From an uncultured Gammaproteobacteria bacterium (GTDB lineage Bacteria > Patescibacteriota > Patescibacteriia > SG8-24): 64,000 nucleotides of DNA. This document shows, in pieces, positions 17,166-27,997 of the stretch. Within the stretch, counting starts at the first letter, position 1. Each line of letters starts with the position of its first letter. The stretch covers positions 189,265 to 253,264 of the forward strand of contig CAZBFO010000001.1 of assembly GCA_964491475.1 (NCBI GenBank). Reading direction: 5' to 3'. A program made the translations under genes and the position numbers. The notes beneath the pieces are model-generated. The model worked only from the letters and a program-made list of their open reading frames with translations. It did no database searches and had not been told where the DNA came from.

Positions 17166-18908
17166 CTACTTCTCGGCGGCCAAAGCGTCGAAAAGGCCGT
17201 CGAAGAACTTGGAGACGGATTTCCTGCCGCGCGCCTCCTTTGCGACCAAAAACTGAAAATGCGTTCGCTTGAGGTTGGTGTTGGCAATGTGGCGGCTGTG
17301 AAAGGTCTCGAGCATCTTCTTGCCGTCATAGAACTCGCGCCGGCGGCCATCCTTCTTTATCGAGGCCACTGCAACCTCGGCATTCTTTTGGAGTTTCGCG
17401 ACCTCCTCTGCCGAGAATTTCATCTGAAGCTCTGCAATGAAATCTCCGACCTGCTTCGCGAGCTCGGTGAGCGGCCGCTTCGGGCGGAAACCGTGAAAAC
17501 CGAGAGCCTTGTGGACCCGTCGCTCTATCTCATCCGCCTCCATCTCGTCGGAAATTTTGTCGAGCGCCGCGACAACGTCCTCCTTCGATTTCAGGTCTGT
17601 CTGCTCGACTACGACCTCAATTGCCCTCCAGATGGCGTCAGGATCAATGAGGAAGTTCTCGACCACGGACACAGGTAGGACAAACACGTCCTCGGGCACC
17701 TCTGGCGGAAAACCGACATCCTGATCGACCAAGGCGAAGACCTTGAGGCCACTGCTAAATCCGTCGAGCGCGCTCGAAAGACGCGATCTCAAGCTCATGC
17801 ATTCACTTTTTCCTCCACCAGGGATAACGGTGGCTCCGTCAAACCTTTGGCTAAGTGCACGGAAGAGTTTCCGCGCGCCGACGGCATTCTTCGCCTGCTC
17901 ATCACCCACGCCCTCTGCGATGATGACTGGCTGCATCGCGGTCAGATTGGAAGTACTGCCGAACAGCTCGCGCAAGACGGACAGACGCTCGTCATCGGCG
18001 GCAATCGGAATCAGCTGGTTTTCTCCGTCGGCCACCAGCTCGACTGGCCGCATCAGAAATAGCTCCTCAAAGGATGCATTCTCTACAATGGACGGGGAGT
18101 GGGTCGCAACAATCACCTGTGTATCCTCTTCGGCGGCAAGCACGCGGAGGTAGTCGAGCACTTTCATCTGCAAGTTCGGGTGCAGGTGTAACTCCGGTTC
18201 GTCTATGAGAACACACAAGTCGGTCTTGGCCTTGGGGGCGGAGCGACCATGAAGACCGTCGAGCGCCTCACGAACACGATGTTCGATCAGGGGATAGAAC
18301 ATCTGGATAATCGACTTCTCGCCAGAACTCAGGTCATCGAGGTCCACTTCAGTCGGCTTGCCGTGGACACGCCACACGCACCGAATGTTATCGCGATTCG
18401 ATGTGTCGATCTTCACGAACTCAAGGTGCGGCAATAGACTCTTCGTTAGAGCGCGAAACGGCTCCCAGACGTCGTCGATGGTGCCCTTGAGAATCTCTTG
18501 ATCTCGGTCGAATCGCGCCGTGATAGCTTCCTTCCTGCCAACGTCGATCTGGCAGAGCCCGTGCTTCAGGTAGTTGTATGCGTCATCAACGTTCCACGCG
18601 TCGCGGCTTCCACCCGCAAGAAGATTGATACCCTCGTAGCCCGATACCGATGTCTGTGTGAGGATTTCCTCCAGCTTGATGTCCTGACTTGCTAGGTGGC
18701 GTTGTTGCACTGTCTGCTTGCGCATGGCGCGAGCGGGGCCAACGTAGAGTACGCCGCTGGTGCGGCCGCCGGAGTTTCGGAGTTCGTTCAGGAGTGTGGA
18801 TTTGCCGCAGCCGTTCGGACCGGCGATGATCATCAGACTCGGGACAGCGACGCACTCGGCGAGCCGAACGGCCCGCTTATCGGTGATTTTGAATTCGGGA
18901 ATGCGCAT
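17166..18908 (-). CDS. OLD-family-like ABC ATPase plus TOPRIM nuclease (putative defence protein)
   Basis: GPNGCGKST, LSSGEK, LIDEPELHLHP, ATHS; C-terminal AEG..D and DQD TOPRIM-type motifs; ATG 18908 chosen as start. Confidence 0.78.
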   Translation of the reverse strand: MRIPEFKITDKRAVRLAECVAVPSLMIIAGPNGCGKSTLLNELRNSGGRTSGVLYVGPARAMRKQTVQQRHLASQDIKLEEILTQTSVSGYEGINLLAGGSRDAWNVDDAYNYLKHGLCQIDVGRKEAITARFDRDQEILKGTIDDVWEPFRALTKSLLPHLEFVKIDTSNRDNIRCVWRVHGKPTEVDLDDLSSGEKSIIQMFYPLIEHRVREALDGLHGRSAPKAKTDLCVLIDEPELHLHPNLQMKVLDYLRVLAAEEDTQVIVATHSPSIVENASFEELFLMRPVELVADGENQLIPIAADDERLSVLRELFGSTSNLTAMQPVIIAEGVGDEQAKNAVGARKLFRALSQRFDGATVIPGGGKSECMSLRSRLSSALDGFSSGLKVFALVDQDVGFPPEVPEDVFVLPVSVVENFLIDPDAIWRAIEVVVEQTDLKSKEDVVAALDKISDEMEADEIERRVHKALGFHGFRPKRPLTELAKQVGDFIAELQMKFSAEEVAKLQKNAEVAVASIKKDGRRREFYDGKKMLETFHSRHIANTNLKRTHFQFLVAKEARGRKSVSKFFDGLFDALAAEK

Positions 18909-18936
18909 AATAAAAAGTGATATTGACTGGCCGATC

Positions 18937-18963
18937 TTAGCACTCGCAACGGTGAAGTGCCAA
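18937..18963. promoter_or_regulatory. CIRCE-like (HrcA) operator upstream of the OLD-like gene
   Basis: TTAGCACTC-N9-AAGTGCCAA, 16/18 match to TTAGCACTC-N9-GAGTGCTAA. Confidence 0.6.
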
Positions 18964-19144
18964 GAGCGTTTAGACCCAAGGTTCTTGAGCCGTGACCGGA
19001 GCATCAAGTACCGATCCAAACGGTTTTCCCATATCCACACCCCGTTGTTTTTCCCGCGCCCAAGTGTCAAAATAAGCTCACATGCCGCACCGGCCCTCCG
19101 GTCTGTTTTCGCCGTGCAGTTATCCCCATATCGAAAATATCGCC

Positions 19145-20299
19145 ATGCCCTCTGCCGCCAAAAGACCCTATAAAACCTGGGTGGAAGTCTCCAAAAGCGC
19201 GCTGCTGAACAACGCCCTGGTGTTGAAGTCTGCGGCTGGCCGCAAGACGATGCTGATGTCGGTCATCAAGTCGAACGCCTACGGCCACGGCATTGCCGAG
19301 ACCGTCCGCGTGTTGGCCAAGGGGCCCACGGACTGGTTCGGCGTCGACTCCGTCCGCGAGGCCGAGCTGGTCCGCGCTTCGGGGACCAACAAGCCGATCC
19401 TGGTGCTGGGCTACACGCCGTTCAGCGACGCACTGCGCGCGGTCAAACAGGGGTTCAGCCTCACGGTCTACAACCGCGAGAACATCGCCGCCCTGAACAA
19501 AGCGGCCACGGCCAAGCGTCCGGCCAAGATCCACCTCAAGCTGGAGACGGGCACCTCGCGCCAAGGGCTTCTCAAAAAGGACCTGCCCGCGTTCCTGACC
19601 TTCCTCAAGAAGCGCAAGAACGTGGTGCTCGAAGGCGTCTCCACCCACTACGCCAACATCGAGGACACCACCGACTCCACCTACGCCATGGGGCAACTGG
19701 AGCGGTTCCTCACCATGGTCGCCACGGTCCGCCATGCGGGGTTCGACCCCAAGCTGGTGCACACGGCCTGCTCTGCGGCGGCGCTGCTGTATCCGGAGAC
19801 GCACTTCACCATTGTCCGCGCGGGCATCGCGCAGTACGGACTGTGGCCTTCCAAGGAAACGAAGGTGTCGGCCATCCTGAAACGGAAGAGCATCATCCTG
19901 AAACCGGCGCTCACCTGGAAGACCATCGTGGCGCAGGTGAAGACGCTGCCGGAAGGCGCACCGGTCAGCTACGGTCTCACCGAGAAGCTGGCGCGCGAAT
20001 CCAAAGTGGCCGTGGTGCCGGTGGGGTATTGGGACGGGTTTGATCGCAAGCTGTCGTCGGTGGGGCACGTGCTGGTGCGTGGCAAGAGCGCCAAGGTGCT
20101 GGGCCGCGTCTGCATGAACATGTTCGTGGTCGACGTCACCGACATCCCGGGCGTGCGCGTGGAAGACGAAGTTGTGCTGCTCGGCAGGCAGGGCAAAGAA
20201 GTCATCACTGCCGAAGACATCGCTTCATCAGTCGGCACCATCAACTACGAGATCGTCACGCGCATCAATCCGCTGATTCCTCGCGTCCTGGTTTCCTGA
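19145..20299 (+). CDS. alr: Alanine racemase
   Basis: VIKSNAYGHG PLP-lysine motif, HLKLETG, GYWDG, GRVCM, GTINYE. Confidence 0.96.
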   Translation: MPSAAKRPYKTWVEVSKSALLNNALVLKSAAGRKTMLMSVIKSNAYGHGIAETVRVLAKGPTDWFGVDSVREAELVRASGTNKPILVLGYTPFSDALRAVKQGFSLTVYNRENIAALNKAATAKRPAKIHLKLETGTSRQGLLKKDLPAFLTFLKKRKNVVLEGVSTHYANIEDTTDSTYAMGQLERFLTMVATVRHAGFDPKLVHTACSAAALLYPETHFTIVRAGIAQYGLWPSKETKVSAILKRKSIILKPALTWKTIVAQVKTLPEGAPVSYGLTEKLARESKVAVVPVGYWDGFDRKLSSVGHVLVRGKSAKVLGRVCMNMFVVDVTDIPGVRVEDEVVLLGRQGKEVITAEDIASSVGTINYEIVTRINPLIPRVLVS

Positions 20300-20303
20300 A
20301 CAT

Positions 20304-21464
20304 ATGGGCTCGCGCAAACCTTCCTCCAAAAATCCTTCCGGCAAGAAGCGCATCTCCGTCGCCGTCGTTTTTGGCGGCATGTCGGGGGAGCACGAGGTGT
20401 CTTTGCAGTCGGCGGCCTCGATCATCGCTGCGCTCAACAAGAAGAAGTACGAGGTGCTGCCGGTGCGCGTCGAGAAGACCGGACGCTGGGCGGTGGACGC
20501 GCAGATGCTCGCCGCTCCCAAAGATTCGCAGACGCTGACGGCAAAAGAATCGACCCGCGAAACGCGCCTGCTTGCGCCGGGTTCTGCTCGCGGCGCATTG
20601 CTGGCGGGTGACGCGGCCACGGCTGAACGCGTCGACATCGTGTTTCCCATCGTCCACGGCACAGGCGGCGAAGATGGCGCATTGCAGGGCCTTATGGAGC
20701 TCTCCGGGCTGCCATACGTTGGCAGCGGCATCCTCGGCTCGGCCATCGGCATGGACAAGGTGGCGCAGAAGAAACTGCTCGAGCGCGACGGCTTTCCCGT
20801 GGCGCCGTACGTGCACTTCCGCGCTTCTGATTGGAAAAAAAACGCCAACGCCATCGTCAGCGAAATAGAGAAGTCTCTGAACTATCCCTGCTTCGTGAAG
20901 CCGGCCAACCTCGGCTCGTCGGTGGGCGTTTCCAAAGCGCATCATCGCAAAGAGTTGCGCGCCGGCATCGAAGACGCGCTGACCTATGACTCGAAAATCA
21001 TGGTCGAGAAGGCCGTCTTGAAGTGCCGCGAAATCGAATGTGGCGTGCTTGGGAACGACAAACCGCGCGCTTCGGTGCTGGGCGAAGTCATTCCTTCCAA
21101 CGAGTTCTACGACTACGCCGCCAAGTACGTCGACGGCAAGTCGCAAGTCATCATCCCGGCCGACCTTCCCAAGCAGGTCAGCGAGAACATCCGCGCGATG
21201 GCACTGAAGGCCTTCCGCACCTTGGACATTTCGGGTTTCGCCCGCGTCGACTTCTTCGTGGAGCGCACTACCAACGAGGTGTACATCAACGAGGTCAACA
21301 CGCTGCCGGGCTTCACCAGCATCAGCATGTTCCCCATGCTGTGGGAGGCCAGCGGCGTGCCGTATGCGGAACTGCTCGACGAGCTGATCACGCTCGGCCT
21401 TGCACGCGACCGCGAACGCCGCGGCCTCAAGCGCAGCTTCACGCCGCCTACCAAAAAAGCATGA
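20304..21464 (+). CDS. ddl: D-alanine--D-alanine ligase
   Basis: GGMSGEHEVSL, HGTGGEDG, KPANLGSSVG, FYDYAAKY, EVNTLPGFT. Confidence 0.96.
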   Translation: MGSRKPSSKNPSGKKRISVAVVFGGMSGEHEVSLQSAASIIAALNKKKYEVLPVRVEKTGRWAVDAQMLAAPKDSQTLTAKESTRETRLLAPGSARGALLAGDAATAERVDIVFPIVHGTGGEDGALQGLMELSGLPYVGSGILGSAIGMDKVAQKKLLERDGFPVAPYVHFRASDWKKNANAIVSEIEKSLNYPCFVKPANLGSSVGVSKAHHRKELRAGIEDALTYDSKIMVEKAVLKCREIECGVLGNDKPRASVLGEVIPSNEFYDYAAKYVDGKSQVIIPADLPKQVSENIRAMALKAFRTLDISGFARVDFFVERTTNEVYINEVNTLPGFTSISMFPMLWEASGVPYAELLDELITLGLARDRERRGLKRSFTPPTKKA

Positions 21465-22663
21465 GCACTTCTTGGCGCCACTTTCCCAAGAGCCGCAGCA
21501 AGCCCGTCCGAGACTTCCATCGTCCGCGGTACGGGAATCCTTTGTTTGCAAACGCTTCCGGCAGCAAGGTGGTCCGACGCGGCAATGCTGCCGCGTCCAA
21601 CCGCACCGCGCGCCGCCCTTCCGGCGCGGGACTGGGCGACAAGAAGCGCAACCTGCTCATCGCCGCGGGCGTCGTGCTGCTCGGCGCGGCCTGGTACGTG
21701 TTTTGGGGATCGGCTTTCCGCATCACCAAGACCGAGTTCAGCGGCGCCACGCCGTACACCGAAGAAACTCTCCGCAAGGCGCTGGCCGACTACGAAGCCT
21801 CGAACGCGCTGCTGGTCTTTCCGCGCAACAACGTCCTGCTGTTCAGCGAGTCGTCGGCCAAGGACGCCATCAAGGACGCCGTCTACCTGGACGACATCCA
21901 GATCACCAAGAAGCTGCCCGACACGGTCCTCGTGACCGTCAAGGAGAAGGCCATGCGCGCCGTGCTCGAGCGCGGCGGACGCCTTTACGCGGTCGACGAA
22001 TCAGGCTTCGTGCTGCGCGAGCTCACCTCCAAGGAGCACGACATGATGCCCGACCTGCCGCCAGGGCTGAACGCGGTTTCGGTCGAAGGCCTCGGCGCGG
22101 AGACGGTCACGGTATCGAACGGGAAGGTGAACGACCCATCACCGACAAGCGGCGAGGCTGTGTCGAAGGGCGCGGCCGCAAAGACGGCAGCCGCGGCAAC
22201 AAACACCGGTGCCAAACCGTCGGCCGCAGGAACGCAGCCTTCTGCCGCCGCGGCCAAACCCCAAGCACCTGCGGCCCCGCCCGAACCGCCGTCCAAGAAC
22301 GCCTGGCCGCTGATCCTCGATCACAACCCCGACGACGCCATCAAGAAGCCGGCGCGTCCCGGTCTGCAGGCCTACACTCCCTCGACCCTGACCTCCATCC
22401 TGCAAGCCAACGCCCGCCTGCCGGACGTCACCGGCGAAACCGTCCGCTGGTACACGCCCGACGAAACCTCCAACTCCGTGGACGCCGCCATGTCCGGCGG
22501 CTGGCATGTTTTCCTGGCCACCGCCACGCCGTTCGACGTCCAGGTGGACCGCCTGTCAATCATCCTCAAGGACAAGATCGGCCCCAAGAGGGGAGACCTC
22601 GAATACGTGGATTTGCGCTATAACGAGAAGATTTTCTACCGTCTGAAACACCAGACCCAGTAG
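21461..22663 (+). CDS. FtsQ/DivIB-like POTRA-domain protein with Ala/Pro-rich insert
   Basis: TM then FRITK..FSG POTRA, KKLPDTV.VTVKE, C-terminal YVDLRY; ATGA overlap with ddl. Confidence 0.72.
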   Translation: MSTSWRHFPKSRSKPVRDFHRPRYGNPLFANASGSKVVRRGNAAASNRTARRPSGAGLGDKKRNLLIAAGVVLLGAAWYVFWGSAFRITKTEFSGATPYTEETLRKALADYEASNALLVFPRNNVLLFSESSAKDAIKDAVYLDDIQITKKLPDTVLVTVKEKAMRAVLERGGRLYAVDESGFVLRELTSKEHDMMPDLPPGLNAVSVEGLGAETVTVSNGKVNDPSPTSGEAVSKGAAAKTAAAATNTGAKPSAAGTQPSAAAAKPQAPAAPPEPPSKNAWPLILDHNPDDAIKKPARPGLQAYTPSTLTSILQANARLPDVTGETVRWYTPDETSNSVDAAMSGGWHVFLATATPFDVQVDRLSIILKDKIGPKRGDLEYVDLRYNEKIFYRLKHQTQ

Positions 22664-22778
22664 GGGAGGGGCGACCCTCCCTTTCGGTTTGCCTATTCTT
22701 GACCATCTGCTACGGTGGCTTAGACGACCGTTTTTCGGCCGATCAGCGTTCCTTTCCCATCGTTAAGGAGATAGCGCC

Positions 22779-24590
22779 ATGAAGCGACAAGGACCTATTA
22801 CGGCGCTTTTGGTTTTGCTCGGCCTGGTGTTCCTGACGTTCATGATCGCCAGCCCCCAGGGGCAGGACATCCGCAACGTCCCCGTCAGCGAGTTCATCGC
22901 CGACGTGGAGCGCGGCGACATCAAGGACGTGACCATCGACGGCGACCACGTCGTCGGCATGAGTCCGGGAATCGGCGCGGGCAAGGAGGTGGAGTACGTC
23001 ACGTACGCCACCGACAAGACCGAGCTGATCCGCGTCATGCACGAAAAGCACGTCACCTACCGCGAAAAGCAGCCGTCCGGCCTGGCCGCGGCGCTCTGGC
23101 TGGTGCTGCCGCTGCTGTTCCTGGTGGTTGTCGGATCGCTGGTCCTCAAACGGATGGCCAACGTCAACGCCTCGACCATCAAGCGGACCATTTCCAACAA
23201 GGCCACGCTTCACCATTCGGTGAAGGTGACCTTCCAGGACGTGGCCGGCATCGACGAGGCCGTCGAGGAAGTGCGCGACCTGGTCACGTACCTCAAGGAC
23301 CCCAAAGGCGCCCGACGCCTCGGCGGTCGCGGACCCAAAGGCGTGCTGCTGATCGGGCCGCCCGGCAACGGCAAGACCCTGCTTGCCAGGGCCATCGCCG
23401 GGGAAGCCGGCGTGCCGTTCTTCTCGGCCGACGCTTCCAGCTTCGTGGAGATGTTCGTCGGCGTCGGCGCGGGCCGCGTCCGCGACCTGTTCGAAGACGC
23501 GCGCAAGCACGCCCCCTGCATCATCTTCATCGATGAGCTGGATGCGGTAGGCAAGAAGCGCGGCGGGCTGGCCAGCGGCGGAGGCAACGACGAGCGCGAA
23601 CAGACGCTCAACCAGCTGCTCATCGCCATGAACGGCTTCTCGTCGAACGACGGCATCATCGTCCTCGCGGCGACCAACCGTCCCGAGACGCTCGACAGCG
23701 CGCTGATCCGTCCCGGACGGTTCGACGCCAAGGTGGTCGTGCCCCGGCCCGACCTCCGCGGCCGCGAGAAGATCCTCAAGGTGCATTCGCGCGACAAGAT
23801 CATCTCGCCGGACGTCGACTACACCATCATCGCCCGGCGTACCACCGGCATGAGCGGCGCGGACCTCGAAGGCGTCATGAACGAGGCGGCATTGCGGGCG
23901 AACAAGCTCGGCAAGGCGGCCATCGACATGGCCGACGTCGAGTACGCCTGCAAGAAGCTGCAGCTCGGCGCGGAACGGAAGAGCGCGGTGATTCCCGAAG
24001 AGGTCAAGAAGGTCATCGCGGTGCACGAGTGCGGCCATACCATGGCCGGATGGTTCACCGTGGCGGCAGACCAGGTCCGGGAGGTGACTATCGTTCCTCG
24101 CGGACCGGCCCTCGGCCTTACCTGGACCATGCCGGAAGAGGACCGCATGCTGCTGTCCAAGACGCAGCTGCTCGCCGAGATCCAGCTCCTGTATGGGGGA
24201 CGGGTCGCAGAGCAGGTGGTCTTCGGATCGGATTTCATCACCACCGGCGCCAGCAACGACCTGGAACGGCTGACCTCGATCGCCAAAGGCATGGTCAAGC
24301 GCTACGGCATGTGCCCCGAGCTCGGCCCGCCGCAAGTCTACGGCGACAACGACAGCGGCTTCGTCTTCCAGGAGAGCCGCAAGGACTACAGCGAGAAGAC
24401 CGAAGCCGCCATCGACGACCAGGTCAACAAGCTGCTCAAGGGCTGCTATGAAACGGTGCTGCAACTCCTGACGGAGAAGCGGGACCTGCTCGACAAGCTC
24501 ACCGCGGCGCTGCTCGACAAGGAATCGCTGGGCCAGAGGGACATCGAGGCCATTCTCGGCGTCCGCGGCAAGACGCCCATCACGGCCTGA
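22779..24590 (+). CDS. ftsH: ATP-dependent zinc metalloprotease FtsH
   Basis: Two TMs, [42 protein letters not shown]. Confidence 0.95.
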   Translation: MKRQGPITALLVLLGLVFLTFMIASPQGQDIRNVPVSEFIADVERGDIKDVTIDGDHVVGMSPGIGAGKEVEYVTYATDKTELIRVMHEKHVTYREKQPSGLAAALWLVLPLLFLVVVGSLVLKRMANVNASTIKRTISNKATLHHSVKVTFQDVAGIDEAVEEVRDLVTYLKDPKGARRLGGRGPKGVLLIGPPGNGKTLLARAIAGEAGVPFFSADASSFVEMFVGVGAGRVRDLFEDARKHAPCIIFIDELDAVGKKRGGLASGGGNDEREQTLNQLLIAMNGFSSNDGIIVLAATNRPETLDSALIRPGRFDAKVVVPRPDLRGREKILKVHSRDKIISPDVDYTIIARRTTGMSGADLEGVMNEAALRANKLGKAAIDMADVEYACKKLQLGAERKSAVIPEEVKKVIAVHECGHTMAGWFTVAADQVREVTIVPRGPALGLTWTMPEEDRMLLSKTQLLAEIQLLYGGRVAEQVVFGSDFITTGASNDLERLTSIAKGMVKRYGMCPELGPPQVYGDNDSGFVFQESRKDYSEKTEAAIDDQVNKLLKGCYETVLQLLTEKRDLLDKLTAALLDKESLGQRDIEAILGVRGKTPITA

Positions 24591-24596
24591 CCGCCA

Positions 24597-24626
24597 GCCC
24601 GCCTTAAAACGGCGGGTTTTTTATTT
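24597..24626 (+). terminator. Intrinsic terminator after ftsH
   Basis: gcccgcc-ttaaaac-ggcgggt followed by TTTTTATTT. Confidence 0.75.
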
Positions 24627-24732
24627 GGCGACACATCATCGATAAGTGAAAACATTTTGCGACACAGGAGGCGCTGCGGTAGAAAGGAAGAAAAAGAAAA
24701 GCCGTCGCAACAAGGACGGCTGACGGAAAAGC

Positions 24733-25023
24733 TTATCGGCTGCAGATGAGCGACCGCGCATGCGGTCGTTCCAGGAAACCTTTGAGATCGGACTCGCACG
24801 GTCGCGCCGAATGCCAACCGACCAGCAGCAGCGCAGCTGCAGGAACCGCAATGGCGGCAGCGACGCCGAAGCCGGCCACGCGGCTGAAGGTCCATTGCCG
24901 CCGGCTCAAGGGGCGCAACGAATGACCAGGCCGACGGGGCCGCAGGACGGCCGCAGTCCAGCTGCCAAGCCGCCACATGACTACGATGACCAAAGGAACC
25001 CCTATAAGGGTCAGTGTCAGCAT
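24733..25023 (-). CDS. Small hypothetical membrane protein (two TM segments)
   Basis: ORF MLTLTLIGVPLVIVVMW... with two hydrophobic stretches; no family recognised. Confidence 0.4.
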   Translation of the reverse strand: MLTLTLIGVPLVIVVMWRLGSWTAAVLRPRRPGHSLRPLSRRQWTFSRVAGFGVAAAIAVPAAALLLVGWHSARPCESDLKGFLERPHARSLICSR

Positions 25024-25509
25024 TACGCAAGTGCTCACTTGGCGTACCTCCCGGCAAGCGATGGGTGAGTCGTTCACCCAAAGGCATGAACATAATGCTG
25101 TAGCATACCAAAAAGAGCAAGGAGCCACCTTATAGGCCATTTAAATGCCAAGGCCTATATTTTGCCTTATTTTAGCCAAATAATTGATACTTGGATTGAT
25201 ACGGGCAAAAGAACCTCGAATCCGCAACCTAAAAACCATTAATCGGATCGACGCCGCGTTCAACCGACAAAACCCAAGAAATAGAGGCGCGTGGAGATCA
25301 TTGCGAAAGTACCAAAAACAGACCGATGTCTGACGGGGAAGCCCGGTAAAACCCGCCGTACCCCTCCTTTTAGCCTTAAATAGTGTCGTCTAAGATATAT
25401 TGGGCGACACAATGTATGCCTAAAAATTGGCCCTTCCCCATCGCCCCTTGTTGCATTGCCGCCAAGACCGATACGATAGAGAAGTCCTTCGCCCGAAAGG
25501 AGATGGGCA

Positions 25510-26184
25510 ATGGCAGAAAACGGTCCGTTTGGACGACTGAAGGAGGCGATAGAACGTCTCCTTGATCGGCTAAGAGGGAAGCAGGAAACCGAGGCAACCG
25601 GCGACTCCCCTCTTACATGGCCAAAAGATGAAAAACACCGGGTGGCCGTGCACGAAGCTGGGCACGGAGTGGTCGCCTGGACGTCGGCGACGGTAACGGA
25701 GGTCTCCTCTATCGTCGTGTCCCCGGGCGGAAACGGACGGACAGTCTGGGCCGGCAGTTCGCTGCTCGGCAGCGGACATCCGCTCGCCCTTTGGGAACGT
25801 TGCGCCGTGTGCTTCGGTGGCATCGCCGGCGAGGCGTTCACCTACGGCAACTACTACCGCAACGGGTCGATGTTCGACATGCAGCAAGCCCTCGCCGTGG
25901 CGAACCAGCTTGCCGCAGCGGCATTGCTCTATCCCTCGGTGCTCGCTTCGCCCTGGGGTCAGCCGGAACCCGCCCTGCTGAACGACTTCGGCAACATCTA
26001 CGTCATCCGGCTCCCCTCCCCGCAGGCAGATATCCTTTACGCGGCGTACTATCATGCCTGCATGATGGTCGTCGTGAACAAGAGCAAGCTGTTGGCCCTC
26101 GCCGCCGCTGCCGCCAAGCACCGAACGCTCAACGCCAAGGACATTTCACGCGTCCTCGGCCCGCGACCGTGGGCCCTCCCTTGA
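25510..26184 (+). CDS. Stand-alone M41 (FtsH protease domain) metallopeptidase
   Basis: KHRVAVHEAGHGVV, FGGIAGE, GSMFDMQQA; AAGGAG RBS; terminator at about 26186-26213. Confidence 0.75.
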   Translation: MAENGPFGRLKEAIERLLDRLRGKQETEATGDSPLTWPKDEKHRVAVHEAGHGVVAWTSATVTEVSSIVVSPGGNGRTVWAGSSLLGSGHPLALWERCAVCFGGIAGEAFTYGNYYRNGSMFDMQQALAVANQLAAAALLYPSVLASPWGQPEPALLNDFGNIYVIRLPSPQADILYAAYYHACMMVVVNKSKLLALAAAAAKHRTLNAKDISRVLGPRPWALP

Positions 26185-26250
26185 ATCCCGTGCCTTGCCA
26201 CACGGGATTTTTTCATACGAAAAAGCGGCCATGCTGGCCGCGGAAGACGA

Positions 26251-26616
26251 TTAGCCGGAACGAGATACCCACCACAGGCGGAATATCGCGTACGCCGCGC
26301 AGATGAGGGTGGCCGGCAGGACGATCGGCAGCACCTGCTGCCTGAATCGCGTCCAGGTCATCACCGTCTGTGACTCGCGGCATCGGCCGCAGTGAATGCG
26401 CTCGGCGTATCCTGCCGGGTGCGATACGGAGTACCGCTCGCACTTGGCGCACCAGCGCACGTAAATCGGCAGGTTGCCCGACCAGCCCGGTTGGCGGTCC
26501 TGGCGCAAATACATCGGCCTGCCCAACGCGCGGGCAAGGCTGAAGCGCGTCGGGTGGCGCCGCTGTTCGGCGGCAATGTCGTACGTGTCTTGAAACGGTT
26601 TTCTTAGCATCCCCAC
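26251..26616 (-). CDS. Hypothetical Zn-ribbon protein with C-terminal TM segment
   Basis: CAKC...HCGRC plus hydrophobic C-terminus; AAGGAG RBS. Confidence 0.55.
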   Translation of the reverse strand: MGMLRKPFQDTYDIAAEQRRHPTRFSLARALGRPMYLRQDRQPGWSGNLPIYVRWCAKCERYSVSHPAGYAERIHCGRCRESQTVMTWTRFRQQVLPIVLPATLICAAYAIFRLWWVSRSG

Positions 26617-26706
26617 TTGCTCCTTTGCGTGACAGGGCTGTGCGGCGAGGAAAGGACGACGCGAAGATGCTATCCCCTTTCAGCCCATAAAACAAGACGT
26701 CCCGGC

Positions 26707-27987
26707 CTAGCGGCCAAGGACGTCCACGGCGGAGATGAGATAGCGCATGGGATCAACCGGAATGCCCTTGAGGCGCGATTCGAAGTGCAGGTGCGGGCCG
26801 GTGGTCAGGTTGCCGGCGCCCGGCGTGCCCGGCATGCCGCCCGAATACCCGATGATCTCGCCGCGCTCCACGAAGGCGTCTTCCCTGGCCAAGACCTTGG
26901 AGAGATGGCCGTAGACGGTGGAGATGTTGTTGTTGTGGATGATCATCACGTAGCTGTAGCCCATGCCGCCGTTCTGGGCGCGGGCGACCACGCCTGCCGC
27001 AGCCGCCTTGACCGGCGTGCCCTGCGGCGCGGGAATGTCGATGCCCGGATGCTCGAAGACGTAGCGGAAAGGATAATCGGGATCATGGAAGCGCGTAGAG
27101 ATGCCGCGTGCCGGAACCACCGGCCACTGCAGCGTGGCGTTCTGGCCCTTGAGACGGTCGGCCAGGTCGATCTTGTCGCGGAGCTTGCGCTCGAGCGCGG
27201 TAATCTCCTCGTCGGCGTCATCCTGCTGCCGCTTGAGCTCGGCCAGCATGTAGCGGTACTCCAGCTCCGACGATTGCGTCTGTGCCAGCAGCGTTTCCTT
27301 CACCGACTTGTCGTCCTCGATTTCGCGCTTGGAAATGTCGAGCTGCCGCTGGGTGTCGGCCACGGCCAGCTTCTTGGCCTCGTTTATGCCGTGCTCCTCG
27401 GCCAGGCTCGCGCGGATTTCCTGCACCGCGCGCAGCGTCTTGGTGACGCCGGACTCGAGGTCGGCTACTTGGCGCATGGCGTCGAAAAACTCCGACAAGG
27501 TCTTGCCCGCCAGCAGGATGTCCAAGGCGCTCTTGCGGAACTGCGCGCGATACAGCTGGCGCGCCAGCACGCCCAGCAGCTTGCGCTCCTGCACCATGCG
27601 CTGCTCCTGCGTCTTCATCTTGTCGTCCAGCACCGACATCTCCAGCGTCAGCTGGTTGATCTGGTCCTGCGCGATGTCGATGTCCAGCTGCGTCTGGGCG
27701 ACACGGTTGTCCATCAGGGCGATATCGTCCTGCAGCGAGGCCGATTCGGCCTTTTTCTGGCTGATGGCCACCCGATATTTTTCCTGGCTGCGGGTGAGGT
27801 CCTGCAGCTGCGCCTTCTTCCTGTTGACGTCAGCGGTGATGTCGTTGATCTGCTTGCCGACGCTGCCTTCCAATCCGGTGTCGGCCAGCGCAGTCGTCAC
27901 GGGCAGGAGCGCCAAAGACGCAAAGACCGTCACGGCCAATGCCGCGCGCCCGAACTTTCGGGAAATGGTCCTTGCGAAGTGCGTCAT
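26707..27987 (-). CDS. Coiled-coil M23 peptidase (EnvC-like murein hydrolase activator)
   Basis: Signal peptide, long coiled coil, HPGID, YGHLS, GPHLHFE. Confidence 0.9.
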   Translation of the reverse strand: MTHFARTISRKFGRAALAVTVFASLALLPVTTALADTGLEGSVGKQINDITADVNRKKAQLQDLTRSQEKYRVAISQKKAESASLQDDIALMDNRVAQTQLDIDIAQDQINQLTLEMSVLDDKMKTQEQRMVQERKLLGVLARQLYRAQFRKSALDILLAGKTLSEFFDAMRQVADLESGVTKTLRAVQEIRASLAEEHGINEAKKLAVADTQRQLDISKREIEDDKSVKETLLAQTQSSELEYRYMLAELKRQQDDADEEITALERKLRDKIDLADRLKGQNATLQWPVVPARGISTRFHDPDYPFRYVFEHPGIDIPAPQGTPVKAAAAGVVARAQNGGMGYSYVMIIHNNNISTVYGHLSKVLAREDAFVERGEIIGYSGGMPGTPGAGNLTTGPHLHFESRLKGIPVDPMRYLISAVDVLGR

Positions 27988-27997
27988 GCGAAGTGCG

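Noticed and set aside
17166-18908. Gabija, PARIS or retron assignment for the OLD-like gene
   Set aside because: No UvrD helicase, second TOPRIM gene or reverse transcriptase is adjacent.
5986-19000. Prophage or integrative element explaining the defence region
   Set aside because: No integrase, transposase, att repeats or phage structural genes; host genes (serS, ABC exporter) are interspersed.
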